DNA from: a virus
Lineage: Duplodnaviria; Caudoviricetes
DNA: 28,917 bases
Direction: 5' to 3' (one strand)
Virus record (IMG/VR): IMGVR_UViG_3300017766_002961
Location: 1-28,917 of that record
The position numbers and the translations under genes are program-made. Below the pieces are notes generated by a model, which did no database searches, was not told the origin of the DNA, and saw only the letters and a program-made list of their open reading frames with translations. Positions 1 to 10,155 of the stretch are shown in pieces. Position 1 is the first letter of the stretch. The number at the start of each line of letters is the position of its first letter.

Positions 1-786
1 ACCCCAAATCAAAGAAAGAGCGATTTGCTTGATCAAACGGTATTCAGCCTCATCTTGTCCTTCGTAGAAGAAACCATTCATCTTCTTAGTTCCCATATCA
101 CCATATTCAATCTCCATCCATTGAGGAGCGTTGGTTTTTTGAGTACCAGTCAGTTCATAAGTTTCTTTGAAGATCTGAGTTGTCCAGTTATATTTTTGCC
201 AGAAAGACTGAGATGAAGTTGGTTGATCAGTGCCTTCAGCCCAAGCAGAACCAACAACAATCATAGTTACAGGATTAGTAGCTACCCAAATTCCATTGAA
301 TGCACCTGTAGTAAGAGCGTCAACAGTAACTGTAAATGTGGTAGCTGTAGATGCAGTACCCTGGGTTACTACCTCTACATTAGAAATACGTCCTAATGGT
401 AAAGTAGGTTCAGATGCAAACATCACAACTTGACCAATTTTAGCGTAAATTAAATCAACGTAAGCAGTTGGACTTAAAGTAGGAACACCTTGAGAAGTTA
501 CAGTAATAGTAACTTGGCTAGTGCTAACAGCAGCAAGAACTACACCTGAAATAGAGGTATCGTAGAAACCTTTTTCCCAGTGCCATCCAGTAGTATTCTG
601 AACACCACGCTTCATTCCAAGACCCATCAAAAGTTGGAAGTCAGAAAGACCGTTATCACCATACTTATTTTTCAAAGTACGCAAGTAATGCGGAACTAAT
701 AGTCCGCTTGTATAGCTAGCGTCAAAAAGTGACAATAAGCCACCATTTAATCCTTCGCCAGATACAGGGTTAAAAAAATTAGACAT
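1..786 (-). CDS. Major capsid protein, N-terminal part (runs off the window edge)
   Basis: Not in the ORF track because it has no stop. Manual translation from ATG at 786 gives MSNFFNPVSGEGLNGGLLSLFD...VVGSAWAEGTDQP...TQIFKETYELTGT, open to base 1. It follows terminase-portal-scaffold, and the GSAxxEG / QIxKExYxxTG pattern resembles Bacteroidota phage capsid proteins. Confidence 0.8.
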   Translation of the reverse strand, partial: MSNFFNPVSGEGLNGGLLSLFDASYTSGLLVPHYLRTLKNKYGDNGLSDFQLLMGLGMKRGVQNTTGWHWEKGFYDTSISGVVLAAVSTSQVTITVTSQGVPTLSPTAYVDLIYAKIGQVVMFASEPTLPLGRISNVEVVTQGTASTATTFTVTVDALTTGAFNGIWVATNPVTMIVVGSAWAEGTDQPTSSQSFWQKYNWTTQIFKETYELTGTQKTNAPQWMEIEYGDMGTKKMNGFFYEGQDEAEYRLIKQIALSLIWG

Positions 787-817
787 TTTCGTAAAAAATT
801 AAGGTTTATAAATCAAA

Positions 818-1906
818 TTAATATTGTGATTCAAAATACCTTTGTAATTGAGACTTTTCACTAGATCCACTTGGCCTTTCCTGTTTCACTACTTCAGCTC
901 CGTTATGGAACTCTTTCATGGCTTTTTCTTGGGACTCCCCTCTAACCGCTTGAACGAGTGCCTTATAAATGTTCTTTGCCTCTAAAGCTTCTGCACGCAT
1001 CCGTGCGTAATTCTTAATGGCACTAACATTATTTTCGTCTGGTAGTGATGGATTTGCCGATATAATCCCCATGAGTTCTTGGTTCAATTGGTCTAAAGTG
1101 GCTTGCGACACCGCAGTCTTAACTTTAACACCTTCAACCTCAATCTCTAGATCGTTAATCTTAGCTGTTTGTTCAACTATAGGCTTCCAATCACTTACAA
1201 GTTTTTCAGTGTTTTGTTTATACTCATCAAACTTGCCACGCAAAGATGCAACAAAATCTTTATTCTCACCAATATTTTTTAATTTTTCTGATACAGTATC
1301 TAAATGTTTACCTAACTTCATCTTCATTGTACGAGGAGCATACTGCCCTTCTACATCAACATCACAGTTGTACTCATCAGCAATCGCTTCACAAACTTCT
1401 TCAAAAGACATTGTCTTTAACATGTCTGGATCTTTAATAACCTCAGACAAAGCCATAACTTGAACAGGACTATTTCTCAAATCCTCCTCTGTCTTGCCGA
1501 TAAATTTTCTAGCAATCTCCATGTCTTTAATGCCTGTTGACTTCATGAATGAATTCAAGTTAGCCAAACTATCATCAGCAAAAGGAGACTCTAGCTGCTG
1601 CATAAGAGTTTCTTGATCCTTTATAAAAGGTTCAAACTCATCATACTTAGACGCTTTTTCAGAAAGCATTGAATACTTTTCTTTAATAGAGTCAACATTT
1701 TCAAAGTCTCCAAAGATAGCTTTTAGATCAGAGGCTTTAAATGTAGCTTCATCCGCTACATTAGCATTACTATCATCTACCTCTTTTTGAGAATCGGTTG
1801 ATGAATTTATCACCTGTGATTCATCTTGGGCAGCAGGTGTAACATCCGATGGCTTTGAATTAGCTGCACCGATGTAATCAAAAAAATTAACAGTGTTATT
1901 TTCCAT
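818..1906 (-). CDS. Probable capsid scaffolding protein
   Basis: 362 aa, acidic, low-complexity N-terminus, helical-looking body, located between portal and capsid. Function inferred from synteny. Confidence 0.6.
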   Translation of the reverse strand: MENNTVNFFDYIGAANSKPSDVTPAAQDESQVINSSTDSQKEVDDSNANVADEATFKASDLKAIFGDFENVDSIKEKYSMLSEKASKYDEFEPFIKDQETLMQQLESPFADDSLANLNSFMKSTGIKDMEIARKFIGKTEEDLRNSPVQVMALSEVIKDPDMLKTMSFEEVCEAIADEYNCDVDVEGQYAPRTMKMKLGKHLDTVSEKLKNIGENKDFVASLRGKFDEYKQNTEKLVSDWKPIVEQTAKINDLEIEVEGVKVKTAVSQATLDQLNQELMGIISANPSLPDENNVSAIKNYARMRAEALEAKNIYKALVQAVRGESQEKAMKEFHNGAEVVKQERPSGSSEKSQLQRYFESQY

Positions 1907-1925
1907 ATGTATTTATTTGTGTTTT

Positions 1926-4256
1926 TTATCTTTTTCTAATAGAACCTGTAATTTCGGTCCCTGTCTCCTGTTGCAAATAAGCCTCAGTTTTAATCTCCTC
2001 AATATTACCCTCAGTCTTAGCCTGTATCTCCATTTGCTTTTCTTTCATTCTAATCTCAGCTAATGCTGCTTGTTTTTCAATTTCAGCTTGAGTCTCAGCT
2101 TTAATGATTTCAATCTTGTTCATCATCTTCTGATTTTCAAGATCAATCAAAGACTGAGATTGTGCCTGTTGATTTTGAGCAGCCATTTGATCGTTGTACT
2201 GTCTCTTCTTAGCAGATTTATAGTTGAGATACCATGTAGCTTCTTTAAGCCTTCCTTTTTCAACCATATCTACAATAAGAGTGAAGTCAGCCAATTCAAT
2301 CTCAGGCATACCATTACGACCAACTTTTAATGCAGTTTCAGCAGCTTCTAATATTTTAAACTTCTGAGTTGGAGATATTTTATTAGATAAATTAATACCC
2401 ATCTCATCAAGTGTCAAATCACACCCCGTCATGATCGCTCCAATCGTAGACTGTCCAAATACACCAGAATAATAATCTTTAGTGGCGGCATCATACTTCA
2501 TTGTAGTGATTGCACGAAGTATTATATTTTGAGCTGCTTTTATCTTAATTTGTTCTAGTGCCTGCTGTAATGGCCATAATGCGTTATTAGTAGCCTCAAC
2601 CTCTAACTCCGCAACGCCAACAAGCTTCTCTCCTTTTGCAGGAGACGCAGCAATAGTTGGTGTTATACCTGTAATCTGAAGCAACTTCTCTACATCGTGC
2701 TGGTAAGCAGCGATCCATTCAGATAACTGTTTACCTACACCACCTTCTAGCTCCTCAAATGATTTATTCATTGTAACTTTTCCTCCAAGTAATGAAGACT
2801 TGTAGAAGAAATTACCTGTATGAGAATACACTTGAACTAAGTCAAATGGGGTATATAAAGTACCACCAATACTATTCACATTTAAAGCACCAATATCAAT
2901 GGCAATACCTTTAGGAGCAGCGGCTAATTTAGCGGCTTGTAACTTAAGGTGATTGATCTGCATTGAATCATAGATAGGAATCGCAGTCTCAGTTATAGAT
3001 TTTCCTGGTATTTTCACAAAACGATAAGACAACAATGGTTGTTGCTTGTTAATTCGCTTCATGTTCTTTTGCTTACCACCTAATGTTAAATTAGCACCAG
3101 GTATAAATACACCTTCGTAAATATTATGCCCATCAATAACAACGGTTTTTTTCTTTTCAGTATTTACGAATTCACCAAATTTATCTGGGTAAAATTGAAC
3201 ATTACCATCTCTATTTTTCTTCTTGAAATAATTAGAGTCTTTTGATATATATTCAAATTCTAAAACATCAATAAATAGAGCGTCATACCTCATTCTATCG
3301 GTAATAGTATCTCTTTGAGAATACCATGACCATCCGTATTTATCATTTGCCACAATAGAATCGTATGCAAAACGAGCTACTTTATTTACAAAAGATTCTG
3401 TCTCTTCCTCACTATATCCATTTTGTAAAAGAAGCTTTCTAACTTGAGGTATACTATATTTTTCAAAGTGTCCACCAAATGGGGAATTGTCACCTTGATA
3501 CTCATCTGTCCATGCACAAACAAACTTTGTAGCATCCACATATTTAACTTTTGCGGCTCCAGTATCAGGATCTGTGTAATCCTTAACAACGCAAAAACCA
3601 AAATTCAAACAGTCATCTTTTAACTGCTTTTCTATTTTGGTCCAATCACTTCCTTGAAATCCAAACTCAGCTAATTTCTCAATGCCGATTTCAAATGACA
3701 TTTTGAATCCGCCCATGATTTCATAAAGCTCTAGCTCCGTCATATTCTGCGGAACAAACTGTTCTTCAGACATTTGAGGAGTACCTAATTCTTTCATTAA
3801 AGGCTCCATCTTTGACTTTACAAATAGCTTATATTTATTTAAAGCTCTTTGATTTCTAATATCTGGATTGATAGAATCGGCTTGAATTCTTTGCCCGTCA
3901 GTAGATATAATAGAATGAATAATTCTCTTAAGCTCTGGAGCCATAGAGAATATTTGAAAGTCTATATTTGAATAACCTTTTCTTCTTCCTCTATTTACAG
4001 TTGATCCACCAGCTTTAGGTCCTTTTGTTTTTTCATCCCCTCTGCTCGCCCACATATCAATATACTTTTGCGGACTCTGTCTACCTTCGCTGTAATTCCG
4101 AATCTCAAAAAGTCTAGCTATATCCGCCCTACTAAAATAAGTTTTATTGTTTTCGTAACGATAAAAAATAGCATGGCCAACTTGAGATAACCATTTGCCA
4201 TCTTTCTTTTTAGGATCTATATCATCCTTTGGCCAAAGTACAGTAATTTCGCTCAT
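1926..4256 (-). CDS. Portal protein
   Basis: 776 aa directly downstream of terminase, with ITGI segment and Q/E-rich coiled-coil C-terminus typical of large podovirus-type portals. Confidence 0.8.
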   Translation of the reverse strand: MSEITVLWPKDDIDPKKKDGKWLSQVGHAIFYRYENNKTYFSRADIARLFEIRNYSEGRQSPQKYIDMWASRGDEKTKGPKAGGSTVNRGRRKGYSNIDFQIFSMAPELKRIIHSIISTDGQRIQADSINPDIRNQRALNKYKLFVKSKMEPLMKELGTPQMSEEQFVPQNMTELELYEIMGGFKMSFEIGIEKLAEFGFQGSDWTKIEKQLKDDCLNFGFCVVKDYTDPDTGAAKVKYVDATKFVCAWTDEYQGDNSPFGGHFEKYSIPQVRKLLLQNGYSEEETESFVNKVARFAYDSIVANDKYGWSWYSQRDTITDRMRYDALFIDVLEFEYISKDSNYFKKKNRDGNVQFYPDKFGEFVNTEKKKTVVIDGHNIYEGVFIPGANLTLGGKQKNMKRINKQQPLLSYRFVKIPGKSITETAIPIYDSMQINHLKLQAAKLAAAPKGIAIDIGALNVNSIGGTLYTPFDLVQVYSHTGNFFYKSSLLGGKVTMNKSFEELEGGVGKQLSEWIAAYQHDVEKLLQITGITPTIAASPAKGEKLVGVAELEVEATNNALWPLQQALEQIKIKAAQNIILRAITTMKYDAATKDYYSGVFGQSTIGAIMTGCDLTLDEMGINLSNKISPTQKFKILEAAETALKVGRNGMPEIELADFTLIVDMVEKGRLKEATWYLNYKSAKKRQYNDQMAAQNQQAQSQSLIDLENQKMMNKIEIIKAETQAEIEKQAALAEIRMKEKQMEIQAKTEGNIEEIKTEAYLQQETGTEITGSIRKR

Positions 4257-6664
4257 ATATCGTAATCAAAAGTATCAAACAATAATCCATCAATTTTAGA
4301 AGATTGTTCATTCATTTCTACAAATTTAGGGTAAATTGACTTACTTCCCAAAAGTGCATATCCACCCGAAGTAAATAAGTCATATTTAGTCATTTCCTTT
4401 CTTCCGTCAATATTACCACATTCTTCTAATAATTCAATGTGATTTTCCGTTTCACAACCAACTTTTAAGTATTGCTCCCAAGAATCAAAAATCTCCTGTT
4501 TAGTAGAATTGTTTTGTCCATCAGTAGTAACACGTCCTGGTAAAGGCTTTCTAATCCCATTCTCATCCATGTCATACAAGAGATAACCCCTTAATCCCCA
4601 ATCTAAAAATCTCTCATATAAATGAGTGATGTTCATTTCGGGGTACAACATGGCTCCATAAAACACACAAGCCTTTGCCATATCATCGGCATATTCTTCC
4701 CTGCTTACATCCCTTTGTTTGTAAGTGAGTACAAATTTATCTGAAATCCATTGACTTCGCAACTTTATTTCACTATTATTATCGCCATCTATAGAACTGT
4801 CCTTTTTATAGAACATTGCTCCAGCATGATAAGACTTCTTTTTACCGCTAATTTCTTCTGACTCATACTTTGCAGGGTCAGCCCCCATAACGTACTTATT
4901 CATTACTTGCCATGATGGTTTCCATGACTCTAAGTCTGGATCCCACTCCTTTTGATTTCTTTGTCCTGGAGGAGGCATATGACTTATAATAAATTTACCT
5001 TCGTCATCTGGAACTAATCTAACATTGCTTCCACGTCCCTCTGTCCACTCAAAATTATATCTTCTTGTAACACTTTGCTGAAATGTTAACTCAGTAATTC
5101 TTTTCTTAATTTTAAGTACAGGGAAAGAAGAGTCTTTTGATGCAGACATGAAACATTCTTTTAATGTCCACGGAAAGTTTTGCATTTCTTCAATAAGACC
5201 TGTTTGATCTCCATTTGCTTCAAATGTCTTTCTTTTATTGGACAAATATGTTCTAGCACCGATCATAACAACCCTTCCATCGCTATTCCTTACAGGTCTA
5301 TTAGGATCTTCAATTATTGAGTTGCCATATTCATCTATAAATCCATCTAGCCCATCATAGGCAGGAAAGAAAATGGTAAATAAACCCGAAGCTGTTTGTC
5401 CGTTATCGTTTCTTTCATTATACTTTGAAGACAATATTAACCTCTTCATTTGTTCACCACCACCTCTCTCCATCTCACCAAGAGTTGATGTAAGCAAACC
5501 AAGCCCATGTATATATGGACCTTGTGCCAAACATTTCATCACAACCCTCCATCTTTCAATGATATTGATGTTAATACCTGCCTTTGGGTCTACCTTACCA
5601 ACCTCATCATGGTGTATGAAGTGTAGCTTTTCCATGTCATACGCTCTTTCTCCAGATGGTCGGTGATTTATCCACCCCTCGTGTGGAGGGAGAGATGTTG
5701 TACCTACACTACCTGCTGCACGACTTGCAGGAGCAGTAAAATGAATCGCCTCCTTTGGAACACTTGACCCTTCTGTCATCAGCTTAAAGAAGAATGGCAT
5801 TCTTCGGAGACGTTTCGCTATATGGTCAACAAACACTTGGGTAGAGTGGTAATCAGACATAGACTGAATACCACCAAAACGCTGAATACCCATTGTTGCC
5901 GTGATGTACCAATTCATAAAACCTGCACGAGATGTAGCCCCCTCACGTCTGTGTTTAGGATAAACAACTCCGTACATAGTTCTTTCACCAGTATCAACAA
6001 TAAATTCACCCTCCTCAATATAACTATTACTGTATCGTTCTAAAAACTCATCAACACTTTTTTTCATGTTGAAATATCGAACAAAGTTTTCTTCCCCATC
6101 AGAATAAACAACTTTGTATCTAAAGAAACCATCTTTTGTTTTAAAGGCGTACATAACACCCAAAAACCATCTCCTATCTCTATCCCTATATTCTGGCAAA
6201 CCTGCTTTATTTTTAGGATTACCTATAGGCCAAAAATTTAAATAAGTGTACATACATCCTGGAATGTATGTTGGAGTTCCATTATTAAAAAAGAAATAAC
6301 CCTTATAGTGCCTTCTTATTTGACGCTTAATCCATTGTATTTCCTTAGAGTAATAAGAAGCGTTGTTAAATAACTCCTCATCAATATCCTCAAGCTTTAC
6401 AACATCTTTTGGCTTAAGCTGTTTCTTTCTTCTAATTACAGCCTCTAATTCTGTAAGCTTTGATGGAGTTTCTTGATATTGAAATCTTTGTTTCTCTGGA
6501 GATATTCCATAGCCATCAATTTTTTTTATCGCCTCGTCATAAGGTAAATTATAATACTCTTCTGGAGTAGGCACAGGTATTGAAACTGGGTATAAATCTT
6601 CATCCTCAGAATTAAGCAATATATGATCAATTGCTTTATTATATTTATAAGAGGTATTACGCAT
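4253..6664 (-). CDS. terL: Terminase large subunit
   Basis: 803 aa. Deviant Walker A KHRREGATS, Walker B FIHHDE, coupling motif LTST, RNase H-like nuclease motif MGADP, and MAKACVFYGAMLYPEMN segment. Confidence 0.88.
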   Translation of the reverse strand: MRNTSYKYNKAIDHILLNSEDEDLYPVSIPVPTPEEYYNLPYDEAIKKIDGYGISPEKQRFQYQETPSKLTELEAVIRRKKQLKPKDVVKLEDIDEELFNNASYYSKEIQWIKRQIRRHYKGYFFFNNGTPTYIPGCMYTYLNFWPIGNPKNKAGLPEYRDRDRRWFLGVMYAFKTKDGFFRYKVVYSDGEENFVRYFNMKKSVDEFLERYSNSYIEEGEFIVDTGERTMYGVVYPKHRREGATSRAGFMNWYITATMGIQRFGGIQSMSDYHSTQVFVDHIAKRLRRMPFFFKLMTEGSSVPKEAIHFTAPASRAAGSVGTTSLPPHEGWINHRPSGERAYDMEKLHFIHHDEVGKVDPKAGININIIERWRVVMKCLAQGPYIHGLGLLTSTLGEMERGGGEQMKRLILSSKYNERNDNGQTASGLFTIFFPAYDGLDGFIDEYGNSIIEDPNRPVRNSDGRVVMIGARTYLSNKRKTFEANGDQTGLIEEMQNFPWTLKECFMSASKDSSFPVLKIKKRITELTFQQSVTRRYNFEWTEGRGSNVRLVPDDEGKFIISHMPPPGQRNQKEWDPDLESWKPSWQVMNKYVMGADPAKYESEEISGKKKSYHAGAMFYKKDSSIDGDNNSEIKLRSQWISDKFVLTYKQRDVSREEYADDMAKACVFYGAMLYPEMNITHLYERFLDWGLRGYLLYDMDENGIRKPLPGRVTTDGQNNSTKQEIFDSWEQYLKVGCETENHIELLEECGNIDGRKEMTKYDLFTSGGYALLGSKSIYPKFVEMNEQSSKIDGLLFDTFDYDI

Positions 6665-7322
6665 CTACTTCTGGAAAAACATCTCCTTTATCTTCAAACT
6701 CTCTAATATATTCCTCTGGTCTTATGCCTAAAGAATCCATAAGTGTAAACTCAGTCAACTCATCCTCCAAGTCTTTACTTTTCTCACCTTGCAAGAAATC
6801 ATTTTTTGACGATGCAATTTGAGACATGGTCATATTAATAATTTCTCTTCGTGTTTTTTCTGCCTGTACAATTTTAGCTTGAGCAGCCTCGTCTTCCGCC
6901 TCCAATTTAATCTCCATCTCTGTGTATCTCAACAAAGCCTCCTCGGCAGATTTCCATACCATATACTGCTCCCCACCCATTAAGAGTAAGAAGTATATTG
7001 CCCTTCTATTTACTCCTTTTACTTTCCAAGACAACATGTCTGTAATGTATTTAGGATACGGAGGTTCAATATTTAAACACTGCATGGCCCATGTCTTTCT
7101 TCTTTTCAAATCGGGGATACCTTGACCTGGAGAGCCAAGGTCATACATGTAAATTAAATATCTTAATACAACATCAGGATCTAATCCATGTGGAAGATCT
7201 CGTGCAGAAAATATTACTGAAAATTTAGATAGATCAGAAAACTCAAACAATACGGGTTGATCCATTGGTATTTTATGGATCGGATATTTTAATTTATCAA
7301 ACTCTTTATTGTCGAATTTCAT
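6657..7322 (-). CDS. Hypothetical protein (possible terminase small subunit)
   Basis: 221 aa, overlaps the terL start and the upstream gene, helical C-terminus. TerS role is positional inference only. Confidence 0.5.
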   Translation of the reverse strand: MKFDNKEFDKLKYPIHKIPMDQPVLFEFSDLSKFSVIFSARDLPHGLDPDVVLRYLIYMYDLGSPGQGIPDLKRRKTWAMQCLNIEPPYPKYITDMLSWKVKGVNRRAIYFLLLMGGEQYMVWKSAEEALLRYTEMEIKLEAEDEAAQAKIVQAEKTRREIINMTMSQIASSKNDFLQGEKSKDLEDELTEFTLMDSLGIRPEEYIREFEDKGDVFPEVDA

Positions 7323-7941
7323 ATCCTAATACTTCGTTATGCCTTAATGTATAATAATTTTTTTCTAGCTTACGATTTAAACCAGCTTCTAAAGGAACCC
7401 CTCTTTTTAATTTTGAATACACTATATCACCCACATTAGGTATGGCATCTGTACCAAAAGCTTTTTCTGATATATGACTAGGGCCTCCTACAGCAACAAC
7501 TTCCCATGTATCATATTTATACTTATCCTCCTCACCTTCTAATAAAACTACGAAATCACTTCTTAGTTTTTCTTGCATCACTGGGAGAACTAAAGAAAAT
7601 CCATCATTAGGGATAAGCTCCCCATCTCTTATTGTTAAATATACTAATAAAGGATTAATCATTAAAATTTCCTGCCCCTCATGATAAATAATGCGAGTGT
7701 TTTTTCCTTCGCTATATGCACCTACCACCTCTCTTATCTCATTATATTTAATAAATACCTTGTCGCCTTTCTTCCAATTTTTAAAATCAGAATGTACAAT
7801 GTAATCTACGTTTGTAAAATACTCGGCATCTTGGCCATTCATCCTAACAACCATCTTAAATGATTGATCTCCAATAGTAAATTCTTCTTTTAAAGAACTG
7901 CTATTGTTCAGAATTACAGGTAAATAATTAAGAAATTTCAT
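7306..7941 (-). CDS. GroES-like co-chaperonin (about twice normal length)
   Basis: Two GroES-like signatures: KKGDKVFI and LIPNDGFSLVLP...EVVAVG...VGDIV...YYTLRHNEVLG. Located at the head of the packaging module. Confidence 0.6.
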   Translation of the reverse strand: MKFLNYLPVILNNSSSLKEEFTIGDQSFKMVVRMNGQDAEYFTNVDYIVHSDFKNWKKGDKVFIKYNEIREVVGAYSEGKNTRIIYHEGQEILMINPLLVYLTIRDGELIPNDGFSLVLPVMQEKLRSDFVVLLEGEEDKYKYDTWEVVAVGGPSHISEKAFGTDAIPNVGDIVYSKLKRGVPLEAGLNRKLEKNYYTLRHNEVLGYEIRQ

Positions 7942-8020
7942 ATTTTATGTGCTTAAAGTCCGTACATTTGTGTCGCTCGTTCTGAGCTGTTTTCATAATG
8001 TGTGTTTTATTTGTGTGCGG

Positions 8021-8053
8021 AAAGTGGGGGCAACGGCCCCACTTTTTGTTTTT
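8021..8053. terminator. Intrinsic terminator-like hairpin
   Basis: AAAGTGGGG-GCAACGG-CCCCACTTT followed by T-rich tract on +; only a short U-tail on the - (coding) strand. Confidence 0.6.
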
Positions 8054-8056
8054 CAC

Positions 8057-8935
8057 TTAATGATCACGAACCTGTGTAAAGTTAGGAATCAATAAATTTG
8101 CCGTTGAGCCATTTTCTGACTCATTGACATAGTCAAAAGATAGGATATAACCACCAATTGGTTTAGGGGGTCTACCCTTTTCAATGTGGTATCCAAAGTC
8201 ACCATCTCCATATTCCTCTTTATAAGCGGCTGTTCTAATATGATGAACATACCTGTGCTTGACTGAATATCCAGATCTTGGACTATGCTCCAAAGATTCT
8301 TGAGAGTCAATAACATGGTATAACTCGTGAACGTGACCCTGCCAAATACAATCAGCTCCAGATATCATTACACCCATACGGTTGTTTTGTATAACACCCT
8401 TTGTAACAGGTCCTCCACCTCCCGAACCATGATAATACTTTAAATTAAAAGCATGGTTAGAGTGGTTCTTATATTTCATCTGAATTTTCCACCAACCGCC
8501 ATAACCTCCAGTGTAAATAGATGTCTTGTTCTTATAATTCATAAGATCAACAAATCTTTGGAGTGGATCAGTTTCTGTATTTTTAATAATTGCCGTTTCA
8601 TGGTTCCCATAACCAATCCAAGCAATGTTCTGAGCATATGGACTCCACCAATCAACTGCTGTTTCAATTACAGCGTCCAAATAATTGTGTACGTTATGTT
8701 CAGGTCTGATATCCTTTTTATTTCTACGAGGATCCCACTTACCCTGCATTAAACAAAAGAAATCACCATTTATAACGATGCCCATGTCTTCGGCAATAGC
8801 CATATCTAAATGCCTTTTTAATATATCTCTTTTGCACTTTGGATTATCCCAATGGACATCAGATATCATAAGCCATTTCTTGTCAGATGAGCATTCTGTA
8901 ATAAGAATGTTTTTATTTATCTTGGTTGTAAGCAT
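8057..8935 (-). CDS. Calcineurin-like metallophosphoesterase
   Basis: All five motifs in order: SDVH, NGD, GNHE, YHG, GHVH. Confidence 0.88.
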   Translation of the reverse strand: MLTTKINKNILITECSSDKKWLMISDVHWDNPKCKRDILKRHLDMAIAEDMGIVINGDFFCLMQGKWDPRRNKKDIRPEHNVHNYLDAVIETAVDWWSPYAQNIAWIGYGNHETAIIKNTETDPLQRFVDLMNYKNKTSIYTGGYGGWWKIQMKYKNHSNHAFNLKYYHGSGGGGPVTKGVIQNNRMGVMISGADCIWQGHVHELYHVIDSQESLEHSPRSGYSVKHRYVHHIRTAAYKEEYGDGDFGYHIEKGRPPKPIGGYILSFDYVNESENGSTANLLIPNFTQVRDH

Positions 8936-9248
8936 TGTATACCTCGTTACTTTTTAATAAGTTAAAATATTCGGAGAATGTTTTGAAAGGTTGATCTATA
9001 ATTAGTGGATCATCTGAACCAACTATATAAAGAAGAGTTCTATTGCCTACCGATATAGATCCATTATCTTTAAACTCTACATCAGCCTGTATAGCAGCTA
9101 TTTTTGTTATATCAAAAATTATCGGAACAGCATCACAATAAAGTTGAGCCGAACTAGAAATATCTTCTTCAGTATTCCACACAACACATATTGTACTGCA
9201 TAATGTAGGTAGAGGGGTCTCCTCTTTTTTTCTTTTTCTCCAGAACAT
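8913..9248 (-). CDS. Hypothetical protein
   Basis: Track ORF 8913..9329. Start moved to MFWRKRK (9248) because the extension overlaps the upstream gene and its terminator. Confidence 0.65.
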   Translation of the reverse strand: MFWRKRKKEETPLPTLCSTICVVWNTEEDISSSAQLYCDAVPIIFDITKIAAIQADVEFKDNGSISVGNRTLLYIVGSDDPLIIDQPFKTFSEYFNLLKSNEVYNAYNQDK

Positions 9249-9272
9249 AACTCGTATTTTCCGTAAAAATAC

Positions 9273-9303
9273 AAAAAAGCCCCTTCGCTTTGAAGAGGCT
9301 TTT
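9273..9303 (-). terminator. Intrinsic terminator after the SSB-like gene
   Basis: Minus strand reads GCCTCTTC-AAAGC-GAAGGGGC-TTTTTT just after the stop at 9307. Confidence 0.8.
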
Positions 9304-9306
9304 GTT

Positions 9307-9636
9307 TTAGAAAGGTAGGTCATCGTCACCTTTAGTCTCTACATTTGCCTGTACAGGCTCACTTTTAGAGGGCATTGGGATGTCACCGCTAATATTCCAA
9401 GCTTTTAAGGAGTTGTAAACATTTCCGTTGTACTCACGTCCTTCGATGTTAAAGCTGATTGTAAGATTATCCCCTGGGATATAAGGCTCAATCAAGCTAA
9501 CCTTGTCATTTATTAGCTGAAACTCAACTAATGTTGGATACTTACCAACTGTCTCTACAACAAATTTGCGAATGGTAAACTTTGGAGTTTTTTGTTCGAT
9601 GCTCCCCACCGATTTAAGTTTTCCTTGAAATTCCAT
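9307..9636 (-). CDS. DUF3127-like OB-fold single-stranded DNA-binding protein
   Basis: KYP..VEFQL..DK, SFNIEGREYNG..YNSLKAW pattern of Bacteroidota DUF3127, plus SSB-like acidic tail DDDLPF. Confidence 0.8.
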   Translation of the reverse strand: MEFQGKLKSVGSIEQKTPKFTIRKFVVETVGKYPTLVEFQLINDKVSLIEPYIPGDNLTISFNIEGREYNGNVYNSLKAWNISGDIPMPSKSEPVQANVETKGDDDLPF

Positions 9637-9651
9637 TGTGTTTAATTTTCA

Positions 9652-9769
9652 CAAAGATACATATACTTCATTTTAAAAAATCAATCTATATTTTGAAGTT
9701 TTAAACATTATGATGTTCAAATGTTGTTATTTTTTTCTTGCTTTAAAAACTTATATGTATTTACATTTG
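9652..9769. promoter_or_regulatory. Divergent pair of Bacteroidota-type sigma70 promoters
   Basis: TATCTTTG on - (9652-9659) and TACATTTG on + (9762-9769) match the TAnnTTTG -7 consensus, each about 15-25 nt before a start codon. Confidence 0.7.
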
Positions 9770-9792
9770 CAAAACACAATGTGTATCACACA

Positions 9793-10038
9793 ATGAAAAT
9801 CATACAAAATTACTTAAGAAATATGTTTAAGGTTGAAAAAGACGTTCCAGTACCAAATAGCGGAAGAGGACGCAAGGCATCTTACGAGTTGCCAGATATG
9901 GAAGTTGGAGATTCTTTCTTTATTGAGGGAGAAACATCTAAATATTTAGCTCGTTTGTTTTATCAAAAGAAAAAGAAGAAGTATAAATTGACAGCTAGAA
10001 CTATGGACGGAGGAGTTAGGATCTGGAGAGTAAAATAG
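9793..10038 (+). CDS. Small basic putative DNA-binding protein
   Basis: KVEKDVPVP..GR..Y..PDMEVGDSFFI...GVRIWR is a recurrent small phage protein pattern. Start at 9793 or 9823; the track start 9721 lies upstream of the promoter box. Confidence 0.65.
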   Translation: MKIIQNYLRNMFKVEKDVPVPNSGRGRKASYELPDMEVGDSFFIEGETSKYLARLFYQKKKKKYKLTARTMDGGVRIWRVK

Positions 10039-10057
10039 ATTATTAGCTTTCGTTTTA

Positions 10058-10148
10058 AGTTTGAGTCGCAGCAAACTGAAAACATAAAACATTAGCCCTG
10101 TTGAATGGCGTGAGACTGCGACCTCCCCATTCTTCGGGGCATTTTTTT
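10058..10148 (+). promoter_or_regulatory. Kissing-loop RNA leader / attenuator before the replication initiator
   Basis: Two hairpins with 7-nt complementary loops (GTCGCAG / CTGCGAC); the second is followed by a T7 tract. Confidence 0.6.
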
Positions 10149-10155
10149 CGCACAT

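Noticed and set aside
25-7863. Plus-strand and alternate-frame ORFs within the head module (e.g. 230..433, 1017..1463, 5373..5666, 3386..3601)
   Set aside because: Shadows of long motif-bearing minus-strand genes.
1-7941. Firm assignment to Crassvirales
   Set aside because: Terminase motifs and gene order resemble Bacteroidota podoviruses generally, but no RNA polymerase or other diagnostic gene is in the window; a TerL/MCP phylogeny is needed.
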